From a virus (Duplodnaviria > Caudoviricetes): 63,739 nt of DNA. This document shows, piece after piece, positions 10,801 through 20,034 of this stretch. The notes under the pieces are model-generated. The model saw only the letters and a list, made by a program, of their open reading frames with translations, was not told the DNA's origin and did not search any database. A program made the translations under genes and the position numbers. The stretch spans positions 1-63,739 of the IMG/VR virus record IMGVR_UViG_3300047560_001667. One strand, 5' to 3'. Position 1 is the stretch's first letter, and each line of letters begins with the position of its first letter.

Positions 10801-11384
10801 AACTCAGGGTTGCGCTCACGCGCTTCGCCTGTGTTAGCAAGTGCTTGGGTTGCAGCTAGACCTAGACCACCTAATGTACCTACTGTGCCCATCGTACCCG
10901 CTACAGGTAATGCCGCCATCGCTGGCGCATAACCAGCCATACTACCTAAAGGTTCAGCTACATTTTTAGATAACCATGTAGGAATTGCCCCAGCTACACC
11001 GTTCTCAGCTTTTTTCTTTTCATATTCTTCTTGAGTAATATCTTCAGCAAAATGCTTCTTATTTCTTTTTGCTTCTTCAGCTTTGGCTTTCATCTCCTCA
11101 GCTGTTTTCTTCATACCAAAAAGCTCTGCACCAGTAGCCACACCTTCTTCTACTTTAGGGATAATATCCTCTAAGGCTGATTTGGCATGAGGGAGGAAGC
11201 CTGTACGCTCTTCGTGTACTTTTTCATTAAATTTAGGTAAAAGAAATTTAAGAATTTGGTCATCTGTAGCACCAGCACTCATAGCGGCAGGGAGATCAAA
11301 CCCAACCTTGTCGCTTAGAAAGCCCATGATTTGTTCGTCAGTTGCCCCTGCGTTTCTAGCAGATTCTATATCAAATGTCGCCAT
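4878..11384 (-). CDS. large polyvalent internal virion/ejection protein (LPD23-like zincin module, LPD38-like C-terminus)
   Basis: 2168 aa; GWFLGHDNKWRFEIDD, HELQHWVQ.KEGF..GGN and GEVESR; second HEVGVH...EEVIAY motif; last gene of the structural block. Confidence 0.8.
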   Translation of the reverse strand: MATFDIESARNAGATDEQIMGFLSDKVGFDLPAAMSAGATDDQILKFLLPKFNEKVHEERTGFLPHAKSALEDIIPKVEEGVATGAELFGMKKTAEEMKAKAEEAKRNKKHFAEDITQEEYEKKKAENGVAGAIPTWLSKNVAEPLGSMAGYAPAMAALPVAGTMGTVGTLGGLGLAATQALANTGEARERNPELSPERAVATGLGTAALDVAGVPGTGLLGKGAAKLVEKATGRVTAKAAEEMVAKEAALAREAEIAKRTADGTINTAEGQAAIHQAEQDAARAALDKLPDERTKLNLLRDFAAGTASNAVTVPTFMAGREAAMRLGTGEDQQSLGDIAEGFKENLPLAPVFGALHAVGHNPEKIAKEQAEQRVSDIGATPEATAARENLAQEQAAKQAEAERTTPFHPNKIADPAAVWEDMRAHTGRADEDSPSWENLPDEAKDTFSEKIGELNKISTPDKKNPEILVPTKKVIKAFDEIAGPSQKPLQAEKEAWHSTFGEEAHPYENISEEAKKEWRTLTAKDEHTFPHLTTGEPVPTKQAEALYKKATKPEHPYEDLKPELVPAAKAYDAYVKKSKESELPKFRDLGVEGRKAVYDQYSNAKTGAQEITQADMGPILDTHAKESPDWNPEAPSERVPYTEQEIRPKAEKPVAKEETIPEEPATSEETPPTEDNNHVYEETAPTEHDTGHTVESLKEHMTPEMRKMVDSGKAVIHDTHETLPADVISPETVKGMVTPEGVAHFVANKLTPENLHGVFLHEVGVHAGMEKMLGSKVWKNIKSQALTQAGKPFEEARKKVPSDIPDHLKAEEVIAYLVEHSPNLPIVKRITSAIRNFARQHLGTNLKVTEHDLRHLAEKAVRHQVRSAKRNTRNGNAYSYVGQKAKGADKSALDRAIKMEKEGVDSESIRKDTGWFLGHDNKWRFEIDDRNADFKNDFKSIPKTTDLKVGDVFDSVELFKLYPDAKDISFEIRAPFLDWSKSQQGWFNEDKNKIVVTPYAQNPRSTMIHELQHWVQTKEGFALGGNYNTIKNYDENLLNTLEKQIDNEKIGFIKSLDKKGIADTRESISEINAIHKELSRLEKIDDRLSKIKENIDSKMKSVESEIKSIEFKTRNENEKKYQYVKDAIAKNNERIATLNEQRNLYRWDDPNRDKIKRDVDTIYEENDRLHSEAMEYVDTYSAIKKAVNKQEAELSTLKNQLTRLRSLKNETESDIREHSRKLNKLIPDGIKHRVYQLISGEVESRDVEARKDFTPEQRKETAPYTSQGVAKEDAIILGVTTPKAENRYSRIPDEAKALSETGNTMQRPEKEEKENKTWENRFDDFMNTWVNGSHKLTKFLDENLPGYHHLGKLRADMLQAQKLQGHNIANAIIDTGAFKVNEDGTVSAVEVPLKMVSTGRTRNVSLKTMVEMADSVGDWGRKAVQDMMYVYDKESLSKRDPKKLPEKYRKDPSLLHKEVAQADALCAKYPALRDAINSWTAINHSVVDQMYKSGLISAQQHREWKTNDFYIPNFMINEEIFEHTGVEKKGGIKIGNTMTKVFRERTGSEHTINAWENMKNHLASCATAVMDNEAKKAATEQISNLGAGHKVDPSKKFERGNVAVMENGKRVFYKLDDPSLIPAYTMIHNELGNLYKIPRSFARLNSMFFTNTPGFFKAEAIRNPLQASLTNDLGWVSPLDTMKFLSTPMKGRKKEITEKLIRNGIVGVVHDPNYASTHAGFVKNIGKGLTEQNKLKKAQAKAENASAYAHSMIDAATKVNVYEMAYSKAKKELKMSDSQADSYAIAKARESFLPAMRGTSETFQQLKYTIPFLASQIFGLEQMRRAVMGVGVPKSQRKAFKKKVAVKAAQAAFFAGALSFYYLDNKAYQNQSDYNSISIPTGDDDFVNLPLPKELSFLKWLPEMVMQASFETRTGDQLLKAAGELGKGMLPAGIGETYVPIPAVLKEPLQQKLNMDFHSGRGIETPAEQAVPVKYRGEQRSSQLANMIAKNLPEVMNLSPVKIDHIFSSVGGTVAGIGLWGIDEFAQELNPDLIEKPAKDITSSSYLFGNMFPNPNKSVFLNDFYNETKRADEIHAQAEKFKKDGKSAEYNDLMSDDNNKALYRASTELNRIKKQITEKNKIINSIKNAPNSRYTAQQRADRIEVIKAEINDLARKGDLYYRKATGQ

Positions 11385-11397
11385 GAGTAATCCTTAG

Positions 11398-13062
11398 TTA
11401 TTTAATGAATTGTTCCATTGGTCCGTTAAAACCAGTGCGCGGGGTGGTAGTTGGCATAGGCATCACAGGTAAATTATGATATTTTAGATATTCGTTTCTT
11501 CGATTAAAAGCCCATTGAGCAATTTGCTCTTCTGTTGGTTGCTCATCAGGCATTTTTTTCTCAAAAGATTTTCGATAATCCCGAAGATCTTTTTCAACAG
11601 CATTATCAATATTTTTTAATTTAACTTCATCAGCTTGTTGTTTTCTTAAAGCTAAAGCATTTTCAGCATTTGTTTGCTTAGCTCCACCATAATAATCAGC
11701 TTCAGCACCTTGTAACGCACCTTTATTCTTAGCTTCATATTTTTTCAATTCAAATTCAGCTGCATCTTTTTTATTTTCGTACTTGGCTTTTTGATTCTCT
11801 TTAGCTGTTAACAAATTCTCTTTCTTGTTAGCTTGAGCACTATCGTAGCCGTATTTCTTAATAGCCATTTGATGAGCATACTGAGCATCTTCGACTTCAT
11901 TGCGAAGATCAATGAGCTTATCTTCACTTTTACTAAGGTCTTTTTTAGCATCCATGTAACTCGCAAGTCCAGCCGTAGCCCCTGCACCAATGTTAGCTAA
12001 CGCATAAGGCGATGTGCCAGCCATCGTAGCCAAACCAGCTTGCATCAATGCCAGCCAAGGGGCTTTATCTTTCTCTTCAGATAATGACTTCTCTTTCGCA
12101 TTAAGTCGAGCTTCACGTCTAGCTGCATTAGGGTCTTCACCGAAATACTTTTGGAATCGTTCACCTTCATACTCTGGTGTAGTTTCTTCTGGTGTATTTG
12201 GCATTGGTGAGTCTTCTGGCGCAGCAGGGTACGCTAAGTTTGCAATACCACCTGTAGGAATAGGATCATCTTGCTGTGGGGCTGATTGGTTTGTAGATGA
12301 CCCTGCGCCAGATAACATGCTTTGTATTTTATCAGGTGAGTAATTTTGATTTTTCTCAACTTTAGTAATAACAGATAGAATCTTACTTCTTTCAGCAGGG
12401 TCACTTAAGTCAAAAATTTGATTGGGTTTTGTACCAAGCATTTTATGACCAATAGCCGCGTAAGCCTCTGGGTCATTATCCCCATCACCTTTAGGTGCCC
12501 ATCTATTAACAACACCTTCTAATGTATTAATACCATGTTTACGACCATATATTTCTAAGTTTTTATCCGCTGCATTAAGAGCATCAAGATGTGATCTGAA
12601 TTTTTGAAAACCTGTGTTTGCGCCAATTGGTCTAAGTCCTACTATGTTGTTATCAGTAGAAGGCGTTACTCCTGGTACATCTGAACCATCTTCATCATCT
12701 TCCCCTTTTTTAGATGAACCACCATTAGCAAACGCAATAATCCCACCATGCGCATAGTCACCTTCATCAATACCACTAGGGAGAGCATCAATCCCTTTAG
12801 CTTCTTCACGAGAAGGCACTAATATCTCTTCTCTGCTTTTGCGAGCAAGATGGTCAGACATGACTGCATGCTGCGCAGCGTTTAGAATTTGCTCAGCGAC
12901 AGGAGGTTTAGCTGCACCTTGTTGCATAGCGGCTTGTCGCTGCGCAGCTTGCTTCTGCACCATTGCTTTTTGCAACATTGGTACTACAACATAGTCAGGT
13001 ACACCATCTTGGCGAGCTTTAAGTAGCTGCTCAACTGAAAACATAGAAGGTGAATTCATCAT
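11398..13062 (-). CDS. internal virion/ejection protein with a putative lysozyme-like domain
   Basis: NNIVGLR...FQKF...YG..HGINTLEGVVNRWAP..D.DNDPEAY; hydrophobic segment LMQAGLATMAG; coiled coil. Confidence 0.65.
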   Translation of the reverse strand: MMNSPSMFSVEQLLKARQDGVPDYVVVPMLQKAMVQKQAAQRQAAMQQGAAKPPVAEQILNAAQHAVMSDHLARKSREEILVPSREEAKGIDALPSGIDEGDYAHGGIIAFANGGSSKKGEDDEDGSDVPGVTPSTDNNIVGLRPIGANTGFQKFRSHLDALNAADKNLEIYGRKHGINTLEGVVNRWAPKGDGDNDPEAYAAIGHKMLGTKPNQIFDLSDPAERSKILSVITKVEKNQNYSPDKIQSMLSGAGSSTNQSAPQQDDPIPTGGIANLAYPAAPEDSPMPNTPEETTPEYEGERFQKYFGEDPNAARREARLNAKEKSLSEEKDKAPWLALMQAGLATMAGTSPYALANIGAGATAGLASYMDAKKDLSKSEDKLIDLRNEVEDAQYAHQMAIKKYGYDSAQANKKENLLTAKENQKAKYENKKDAAEFELKKYEAKNKGALQGAEADYYGGAKQTNAENALALRKQQADEVKLKNIDNAVEKDLRDYRKSFEKKMPDEQPTEEQIAQWAFNRRNEYLKYHNLPVMPMPTTTPRTGFNGPMEQFIK

Positions 13063-13063
13063 C

Positions 13064-14593
13064 TTATTTCTCTCCTTTCATCGCGTTATACACAGCTAAG
13101 TCACCAATACCACCACTTTTCACTTTAGGCTCTTTAATAACACCACCTTTCTTTTTGTTAGCCATATATGCACCAACGCCTGTAGCAAGAGCACCGGTAA
13201 CCCCTGAAAGCGGACTAGGTGCTGGTGTAAACTGAGTCATATTACCTGTTTGCACCCCGTTAAGGATATTGGCGTAGTTACCTATAACTTGCCAAGGATA
13301 AGTCTGCTGATATGAGTTTGCTTGAATAGCGTTGTTAATAGCTTGTTGCCCCATCGCTTGCTGCTGTGTACCTAATTGATTTTGTGTGCTGATAATACCT
13401 TGTTGGTTCGCAAGCTCTTGTGTGCCTAAATTACCAAGTGTCCCTGCAGCTGTGTTAGCTAAGCCGTATCCACTTTGAGCCGTATTGACCCCTTGAAGTC
13501 CAGTATTCGCCCCTTGAATACCCGTAGCTTGACCTTGAATGCCCGTTTGAGCACCTTGCAACCCTAAGTTAGCACCAAACTGCATATTGGCATTAGCGTT
13601 ATTAAACGCCTCGGTATATCCTTTGCCAATAATATTAGCTTCATTCAATGCAAGACCTTGGTCAGTCAAGGCCTTTTGCACGGCTTGACGACTACCACCA
13701 TACGCGCCAGCTTGTGCAGCTTGTGAGTTATTTCTTTGCGTGGTGATGTCAGCTTCTTGGCGAGCTAAATCAAGCTGTGGTTGCAATGATTGATTTAGGA
13801 AAGGATTCATGTACGCGGCAACGGTATTGGGATTAGTCGCTGCGTTAGCGTATTCCTCTCCCGCACCAGCCGCTTTCGTTCCAATATCAGCGGCGGTATT
13901 ACCAAAACCTAATCCTGTAGCACCATAATTCAATCCTTGAGCCGCTGTGCCGATTGCACCTGTCCCTGCAATATTAGCTAAGTCAGATGCCGCTACCCCC
14001 TGCTCAGGCATTTGCAGTTGACTTGCGTAAGTGTTTGCTTGATTTTGAAGTTCTGTTTGTGGCGCAACATACTGATTAAAATCTACGTTACCCGATGCAT
14101 CAACACCATAGGGCTTCCAAGGTTGAATACCTGTAATATCAACTGTTTTCCCTGCGGCATTAGTCAAACTAGAAGGCATTCCTGTTGTGGTATTGTAGGT
14201 TGATGGGTCAGCAAAACCTGTTGCGTTTGCAAAGGTAGGTGCTTTGTATGTAGGATCAGCATAACCACCATCAGCGAAACCTTTAACTTCACCCCCTTCA
14301 GCATAACCTAAACCCATATTCGAGTTATCTTCCCCAACTCTATAAGGATTAGCATTATAATCCCTTGCTTTGGTTGTGAATGGGTTTATGGTGATAGGTG
14401 GGTTACGTTTGTCGTCAGCGGTTGTAAACGCTTGTTTAGTTGCTGCCCCTAATAACATTTGGTAATAAGGTGCAAGCTCTTTAGGGATATTGCGTTGCTG
14501 AACCGTTGTGTTCTGACCGCCTCCGCTTCCACCACCATAGAACGTAGGTACAATAAACGTAGAAAAGTATTTTTTAAAGCCTTTGATAATCAT
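13064..14593 (-). CDS. DNA ejection/pilot protein
   Basis: Q/G/A-rich; AYMNPF and AGAYGGSRQA motifs typical of podoviral pilot proteins. Confidence 0.65.
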   Translation of the reverse strand: MIIKGFKKYFSTFIVPTFYGGGSGGGQNTTVQQRNIPKELAPYYQMLLGAATKQAFTTADDKRNPPITINPFTTKARDYNANPYRVGEDNSNMGLGYAEGGEVKGFADGGYADPTYKAPTFANATGFADPSTYNTTTGMPSSLTNAAGKTVDITGIQPWKPYGVDASGNVDFNQYVAPQTELQNQANTYASQLQMPEQGVAASDLANIAGTGAIGTAAQGLNYGATGLGFGNTAADIGTKAAGAGEEYANAATNPNTVAAYMNPFLNQSLQPQLDLARQEADITTQRNNSQAAQAGAYGGSRQAVQKALTDQGLALNEANIIGKGYTEAFNNANANMQFGANLGLQGAQTGIQGQATGIQGANTGLQGVNTAQSGYGLANTAAGTLGNLGTQELANQQGIISTQNQLGTQQQAMGQQAINNAIQANSYQQTYPWQVIGNYANILNGVQTGNMTQFTPAPSPLSGVTGALATGVGAYMANKKKGGVIKEPKVKSGGIGDLAVYNAMKGEK

Positions 14594-15018
14594 ATTAGTG
14601 TTTCCAATAAAGTACTGCGAGGTTGAAAATTAAAGCGTTTCCAAAGGCGGATAATAGCTGGTCTACCGTAACCTTGTACCATAGTCGCGCCACGCATCTT
14701 AAATAATGTTGTTAGTTGGTCAAAGCTCTCTTGCGTAGCAATTAATCTACCCCCTATTGCGGTAATAAACGCCACTCGATGCAAAGGGTAGTTAATGTAG
14801 GTCACCGTAGCAGCACCTATCATCGTGTTGTTTTCATCCATCGCAACAAAAAGCTCCCACTCACCATTTGCTAGGTAGCTTTGCACATGATGCTGATTAT
14901 ACGTCATGTTGGGGGAATTCTCACCACTCCCTTCTTGCAAGCCATCAACAATAAACTTCCCAGCTAAAAGCCATGTTTGCTGCACGAATTCAATGGGCAC
15001 TGCATGGACGGTTATCAT
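14590..15018 (-). CDS. GNAT-like head/tail assembly protein
   Basis: IGAATV.YINYP..RVAFITAIGG...QGYGR...RLW; position among ejection genes. Confidence 0.55.
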   Translation of the reverse strand: MITVHAVPIEFVQQTWLLAGKFIVDGLQEGSGENSPNMTYNQHHVQSYLANGEWELFVAMDENNTMIGAATVTYINYPLHRVAFITAIGGRLIATQESFDQLTTLFKMRGATMVQGYGRPAIIRLWKRFNFQPRSTLLETLI

Positions 15019-17378
15019 TGTTTACTAGAATCTTGTGATGCCGACCACGCAATTTGGTCCGCTAAAGAAGGGTTACTTGCGGCTAATGAGTTATACCAAC
15101 TAGTATTAGACGTAATAGCGTTTCGAGTTTCAGGGGTGATATAATCGTTTGCTGTAAACGAAGGCGTAACAGGAGTAGTTGATAAACTCACTTGATTAGG
15201 ATTACTTAAATTAATAGGGGTAGACGTCTCTTGTGGAGGAGGTGTTGGCGCTCCCATTGATAAAGTAACATAATTAGGCTGAGCATTAATAGGTGAAGTT
15301 TGCACAGGTGGGCTATATGCACTTGCTATATTTAAAGGCTCATTAGCCATTGATAAATTAACATAATTAGGCTGAGCATTAATAGGTGTGGACGTTTCTT
15401 GCTGTATTGCATTAGGGATATTTAAAGGCTCATTAGCCATTGATAAATTAACATAATTAGGCTGAGCATTAATAGGTGTGGACGTTTCTTGCTGTATTGC
15501 ATTAGGGATATTTAACAAACTTACAATAGAAGGTGCTCCATTAGCCCCAGTTGCAGCAGTGTTCATATTATCCGTAGAGGTAAAATTTCCTATATTCGTA
15601 GCAATACCAGTATTAGGGGTATATGTTTTTACACTATTAGGATCTGTACGAGCCAAATCTGTATTAAGTGAATCTAAATAAGATTTGGCATTGGTCACAT
15701 TAGAACTCATAGCTGAATTATTAGCATTGGCATTTAAAAACGCTATTGTTCTGTCTTGTTCTGATTTAAGCCAGTTCACTCGATCAGCGGTATTAGCGTT
15801 ATATTGCCCTGCAACACTACTCGCATTTTGCAAACTAGACGCTGTAGTAGTAGGACTAGTATTCCCTGCAAGTGAATCAATTAAAGTAGAGTATTTTATC
15901 TGGTCTGCTAACCCAGGCGTGGTCGTTGCAACAGAATTGTAAAAACTTGGATTAGATGCAAGTGCTGCGCGTGTTTCAGGGGTAACGTAATTGTTAAAGT
16001 TGTATTTAGATAAAAGTGCTTTATTAGCCGCATCTGCTTGCTGTTTTGCTAACGCATCTGCTTGCTGTTTTGCTAACGCATCTGCTTGCTGTTTTGCTAA
16101 CGCATCTGCTTGCTGTTTTGCTAACGCATCTGCTTGCTGTTTTGCTAACGCATCTGCTTGCTGTTTTGCTAGCGCATCTACCGTCGCTTTATTAGCGATT
16201 TGATTTTGGTTATATGTAGGGGAAGAAGTAACCTGTGTATTTAAAGGTTGCAAGGTTCCACTTACATTCCCAAGCCCTAAAATACCCGCAGGGTTGCTCG
16301 TATCATACGTTAGCTTTGGTTTAGCTAAAGAATCTAGCCCCATACCTTGAGTCAAAGGGTCAGTTAAGTTTTTATACACTGCATTGTTTTCAGGTGTACC
16401 GTAGTTAGCACCAGTCACTTTATTGAGCATTGCATCAAGTAACCCCGAATAAGGTGAATTAGCTGTCGCAATACCTTGCTTTGGTGTGTGCCATGTTTTT
16501 AAAGACTTTATACCCCCTGTAGAGGTATTTCCAGTACCCCCTGATGACGTATCAGCAGAGGTACTTGTCGTTGTAGTTGTAGGTTTGTTTAACGCGTTAA
16601 CTTTCGCTACAAATCCAGCAGGGTTTGCTAAAAGGTCTTTTTTAGCCGCAGCAATAGTAGTGGGGTCAGCTGTCACATACGTAGACGCTGTGCTATTTAC
16701 TACTTTGTTTGCCAAACTATCTAATTTATTATTGAATTTAGTTATCGCCCCTAATGTTTTTGCATTAGCTACTTCTTGAAAATCAGCGTCTGAGAACAAT
16801 GGGGTGCCATCCGCATTTTTTAATCCTCCATAATTTGTTTTTAGCGTATCAACTGAGGTACCAGGTTGAACGTAAGCACTACTTCTTATCGAGTTAACTG
16901 CTGTAGCTAATTTAGTAGGGTTATATGGGTCAGCAATTGTACCTTGCGTAATCTTAGCGATTTCCGCTGCTTTTTGGGCGGTACCTAAATTTTTATCAGC
17001 ATTGAGGACACTGTCAATGTACTGAGTTGCATTTGTATTTCTAATTTTATTTAACGTATCATTAGCGGATTTTTGAGTTGCATTATCACCACTGATAATG
17101 TCAACATAAAAGCCATTGCCAAACGGATTGCCAGTCTCATCAAGAATACCTGGGTTATTGGCTTTAAGCCACTCTACCCCTAAGTCAATCGCTAGTTGTC
17201 TTGTTTGAGGTGTTTTAGCCTCTGTGTAATAAGATTGAATTTCTTTTAGTTTATCAGCATAACTATACAATTTAGGTAGTGTAGTACCCCATTTAGCATA
17301 AGATGTACCTGCTGTTTGCGTCCGCCATGCGTTAATAAATGCTTGGTCTTCTGGAGTTAAGTATGATGTTGTCGCCAT
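15015..17378 (-). CDS. T/N/A-rich repeat-containing putative virion protein
   Basis: 787 aa; AGGAG RBS; internal tandem repeats. Confidence 0.7.
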   Translation of the reverse strand: MATTSYLTPEDQAFINAWRTQTAGTSYAKWGTTLPKLYSYADKLKEIQSYYTEAKTPQTRQLAIDLGVEWLKANNPGILDETGNPFGNGFYVDIISGDNATQKSANDTLNKIRNTNATQYIDSVLNADKNLGTAQKAAEIAKITQGTIADPYNPTKLATAVNSIRSSAYVQPGTSVDTLKTNYGGLKNADGTPLFSDADFQEVANAKTLGAITKFNNKLDSLANKVVNSTASTYVTADPTTIAAAKKDLLANPAGFVAKVNALNKPTTTTTSTSADTSSGGTGNTSTGGIKSLKTWHTPKQGIATANSPYSGLLDAMLNKVTGANYGTPENNAVYKNLTDPLTQGMGLDSLAKPKLTYDTSNPAGILGLGNVSGTLQPLNTQVTSSPTYNQNQIANKATVDALAKQQADALAKQQADALAKQQADALAKQQADALAKQQADALAKQQADAANKALLSKYNFNNYVTPETRAALASNPSFYNSVATTTPGLADQIKYSTLIDSLAGNTSPTTTASSLQNASSVAGQYNANTADRVNWLKSEQDRTIAFLNANANNSAMSSNVTNAKSYLDSLNTDLARTDPNSVKTYTPNTGIATNIGNFTSTDNMNTAATGANGAPSIVSLLNIPNAIQQETSTPINAQPNYVNLSMANEPLNIPNAIQQETSTPINAQPNYVNLSMANEPLNIASAYSPPVQTSPINAQPNYVTLSMGAPTPPPQETSTPINLSNPNQVSLSTTPVTPSFTANDYITPETRNAITSNTSWYNSLAASNPSLADQIAWSASQDSSKQ
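15328..15515. repeat. 90-bp perfect tandem duplication (30-aa unit)
   Basis: 15328-15417 equals 15418-15507; encodes LNIPNAIQQETSTPINAQPNYVNLSMANEP twice. Confidence 0.9.
16030..16179. repeat. 24-bp tandem repeat x6 (DALAKQQA)
   Basis: GCATCTGCTTGCTGTTTTGCTAAC repeated six times, last copy with one change. Confidence 0.95.
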
Positions 17379-17458
17379 GTTTGTCTCCTAAGCTGGCAGG
17401 TGTTTGTTAGCCTTGCGGAGATTTTCCGTGGCTGGAATTACTTGAAGATTTAATAGTT

Positions 17459-18952
17459 TCATAGCGCATCCAAATGTCTAGCCGCTTTTGAATCCACTGC
17501 AAACTTACCTTTACCCATAGATTTTTTACGGTCATTTTGTACTCTGTCCATCATAGCATATAGCGCTTTAGCCCCTGCATCAGTAGACCCGTTACCAATT
17601 TCAGATACAATTCTTGCGGGCACCACAAATTCATTTGCCGCAAGTCGTGCGGGTTGTTTTCCTTCAATGGTTGCCGGTATGTCATCACTAACACCCGTAC
17701 CAGGACCTTTAAGCAGTCGTCCGCCATCAGAGTACCCTCCTAAATCAGAGATACCACCATGTGCCATCAGTTGCACAGAGTCGCCCATATACCCTTGGTT
17801 GTTTGCCACTTCGTTGCGGTTAGGGATATCAAGCGTTCCTGGACTCTGCATCTGTGGAGTTTGGTCGTAGTTATCTAAATCAGTGATCCCACCCGCTGCA
17901 AAAGAACCAAATGAATTGCCACGAGGGAGATAAGCGTTATAGGTATCAGGATTCCATCTGTATTTGGATTTGATTGGTGAAGATTCGGGCATACCATTAT
18001 TTGATGAGTCAGGTATCATATTACCTAGAGCCATATTAGCGCCCATACCAATAGCACCAGAAGTAATATTAGGATGCGCAGTAGCAAACTCACCAATACT
18101 GCCGCCCATTTCACCTAAACCACCAGCTGCAGCTCCGCCGATACCTCCAGATATAACACCTCTACCCATAGCTTTACCAACATCTTGACCTTGAGCACCA
18201 GCAAGTAGACCATTAATACCTGCACCATATACTGCGTTCTCAAGAGCTTGCCCACCGATTTTACTACCGACTTGACTCTCTATGCCTGCTTTATTTAAGA
18301 GCTGTTGCCCCCATCCAGCTGTGCTTTCTGGGGCTGTGTGTACGGTGGTAACACCTGCTTCTTTACCAGGAGCATTATATAATACATTACTGTTTACTGG
18401 AGCTTCAGATGTAACTTGTCCAGCCATCCCAGATGTCACTTCCCCTTGAGCAACTGGCGTATTTGCACCTAAACCTTGGGTAACCACCCCATTACCTTGA
18501 GATATAGGTTGAGGTAAAGCGGCGATACCTTGATTTGCTGTTTGTTGAGCACCTTCTTGAGCCAACTGCTCTGCGCTTTTTTGAGCTACTTGTTGGGTAG
18601 TTTGTTGGACCCCTTCTTGAGCTAATTGTTGAGTACCTTGTTGAGCTAATTGTTGAGCGCCTTCTTGCGCTAATTGTTGAGTACCTTGTTGAGCTGTCTG
18701 TTCAGCTGCTTTTTCCCCAACTTGTGCTGCTACATCACCACCTTCAAATGCAGGGCCTAATGCACCGATAGCCCCAGAAGCTAACCCAGAAATACCGCCA
18801 ATCATAGCCCCTTCACCTACGTCACCCCCAGTGATAGCAGACGTAGCGGCACCTAAACCAGCCCCAGCGGCGGCGGTAGCACCAGCCCCAGCAGCGGCAC
18901 CTAACAACCCTCCGCCCGCCGCAGCGGCAACCATACTTGCAATAAAACTCAT
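17459..18952 (-). CDS. DNA ejection/internal virion protein
   Basis: G/A-rich membrane-like N-terminus; C-terminal LLKGPGTGVSDDIPA...ARLA.NEFVVPA...GNGSTDAGA motif. Confidence 0.7.
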   Translation of the reverse strand: MSFIASMVAAAAGGGLLGAAAGAGATAAAGAGLGAATSAITGGDVGEGAMIGGISGLASGAIGALGPAFEGGDVAAQVGEKAAEQTAQQGTQQLAQEGAQQLAQQGTQQLAQEGVQQTTQQVAQKSAEQLAQEGAQQTANQGIAALPQPISQGNGVVTQGLGANTPVAQGEVTSGMAGQVTSEAPVNSNVLYNAPGKEAGVTTVHTAPESTAGWGQQLLNKAGIESQVGSKIGGQALENAVYGAGINGLLAGAQGQDVGKAMGRGVISGGIGGAAAGGLGEMGGSIGEFATAHPNITSGAIGMGANMALGNMIPDSSNNGMPESSPIKSKYRWNPDTYNAYLPRGNSFGSFAAGGITDLDNYDQTPQMQSPGTLDIPNRNEVANNQGYMGDSVQLMAHGGISDLGGYSDGGRLLKGPGTGVSDDIPATIEGKQPARLAANEFVVPARIVSEIGNGSTDAGAKALYAMMDRVQNDRKKSMGKGKFAVDSKAARHLDAL

Positions 18953-19377
18953 AAACCTTCCCCAATTAACTGTTGTGATTTTAGCTCGTACTCTTCAAAA
19001 GAATCCGATACAAGCTCGTCTTCGATAGCCTCAATGCTATCAAGGTCAGTTCGATGAACTGTAATAAATGTGCAATCTGTTTCAGCGTAGCCTAAGCGTT
19101 TGATGCCAGGTTTATCGACTGTGATGTAAGGTGCGGTAACGACTGTAGACGTTTCGCCGTTTGTGATGCGAAGTGTACCCTGAGCTAGAATACCGATGCT
19201 TTCGTGGTTATGAATCTTACCTGTAAGCAAACAACCTTTAGGTATAAAAAGAGACCGACAATAAACACCGCTGAGATGATAATGCTGAGCGGGAGACTCT
19301 ACCTGTGGCATAGCCTTCATAAGGGCTTCTAATTCTAAGATTTTTGGCATATTGCCAAGGGTTGCTAAATCGCTCAC
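18949..19377 (-). CDS. cupin-fold protein
   Basis: HY...GVYCRSLFIPKG.LLTGKIH...PGIKR.GYA.TDC.F.TVH. Confidence 0.75.
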   Translation of the reverse strand: MSDLATLGNMPKILELEALMKAMPQVESPAQHYHLSGVYCRSLFIPKGCLLTGKIHNHESIGILAQGTLRITNGETSTVVTAPYITVDKPGIKRLGYAETDCTFITVHRTDLDSIEAIEDELVSDSFEEYELKSQQLIGEGL

Positions 19378-19404
19378 GATACCTCCAAAGTTTAGCTAAT
19401 AATA

Positions 19405-20034
19405 TCATGAGTATAGTGCTGAAACAAACGTAGCTGTAAGGATGACAGGAGGTATTGCAGGGGAGAATGAATTAGCTGCTTCTGCTTTTAATATAACGTC
19501 CACATGGTCAGCTGCCCAGTAAAGCTCAAAGTAATCTCCAGCGTTCATTGGAAGTACAAAATTCCATGCTGCCACTAGCTCAGACGACCCTGAGCCTGTT
19601 AACTGAAGCTTAGTATTAGAGTCAGCAATATCCACTCCATTTACTCTAGGCCATACCCATGCAGTCATCGTACTACCAGCCGTCTTAGCCAGTTGCGCTG
19701 AGAATTGAAAGTTATAATACCCCGCCACACTTGTTACGATGTGAGATGTCGTTGTTCCAATAGCAACTTGGTTTGATACGGCTGTATTGTTAAACGGTAT
19801 AGCGTAAGCTGTATTTATAACAGGTATCGTCTGCTGCGTAGTTAAATAAAAACTACCGTTAGGAAAACGTAGCACAGCACCGCCAGCGGGACCAAGTAAA
19901 GACGCGAGTGTATTATCGAGTTGATTGAAATATAAACGTAGCACGTTATTTAATTGGTCAAGGTAGTTACGACTATACTGCACTTCAGCAAAAGGCAAAC
20001 TCGGCGCTTTAGGTGTCTGGGGTACATTACTCAT
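19405..20034 (-). CDS. tail-associated protein with a C1q/TNF-like beta-sandwich C-terminus
   Basis: LRLYFNQLD N-terminus; AGYYNFQFSAQL...AGDYFELYW; start at 20034 overlaps the upstream stop. Confidence 0.55.
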   Translation of the reverse strand: MSNVPQTPKAPSLPFAEVQYSRNYLDQLNNVLRLYFNQLDNTLASLLGPAGGAVLRFPNGSFYLTTQQTIPVINTAYAIPFNNTAVSNQVAIGTTTSHIVTSVAGYYNFQFSAQLAKTAGSTMTAWVWPRVNGVDIADSNTKLQLTGSGSSELVAAWNFVLPMNAGDYFELYWAADHVDVILKAEAANSFSPAIPPVILTATFVSALYS

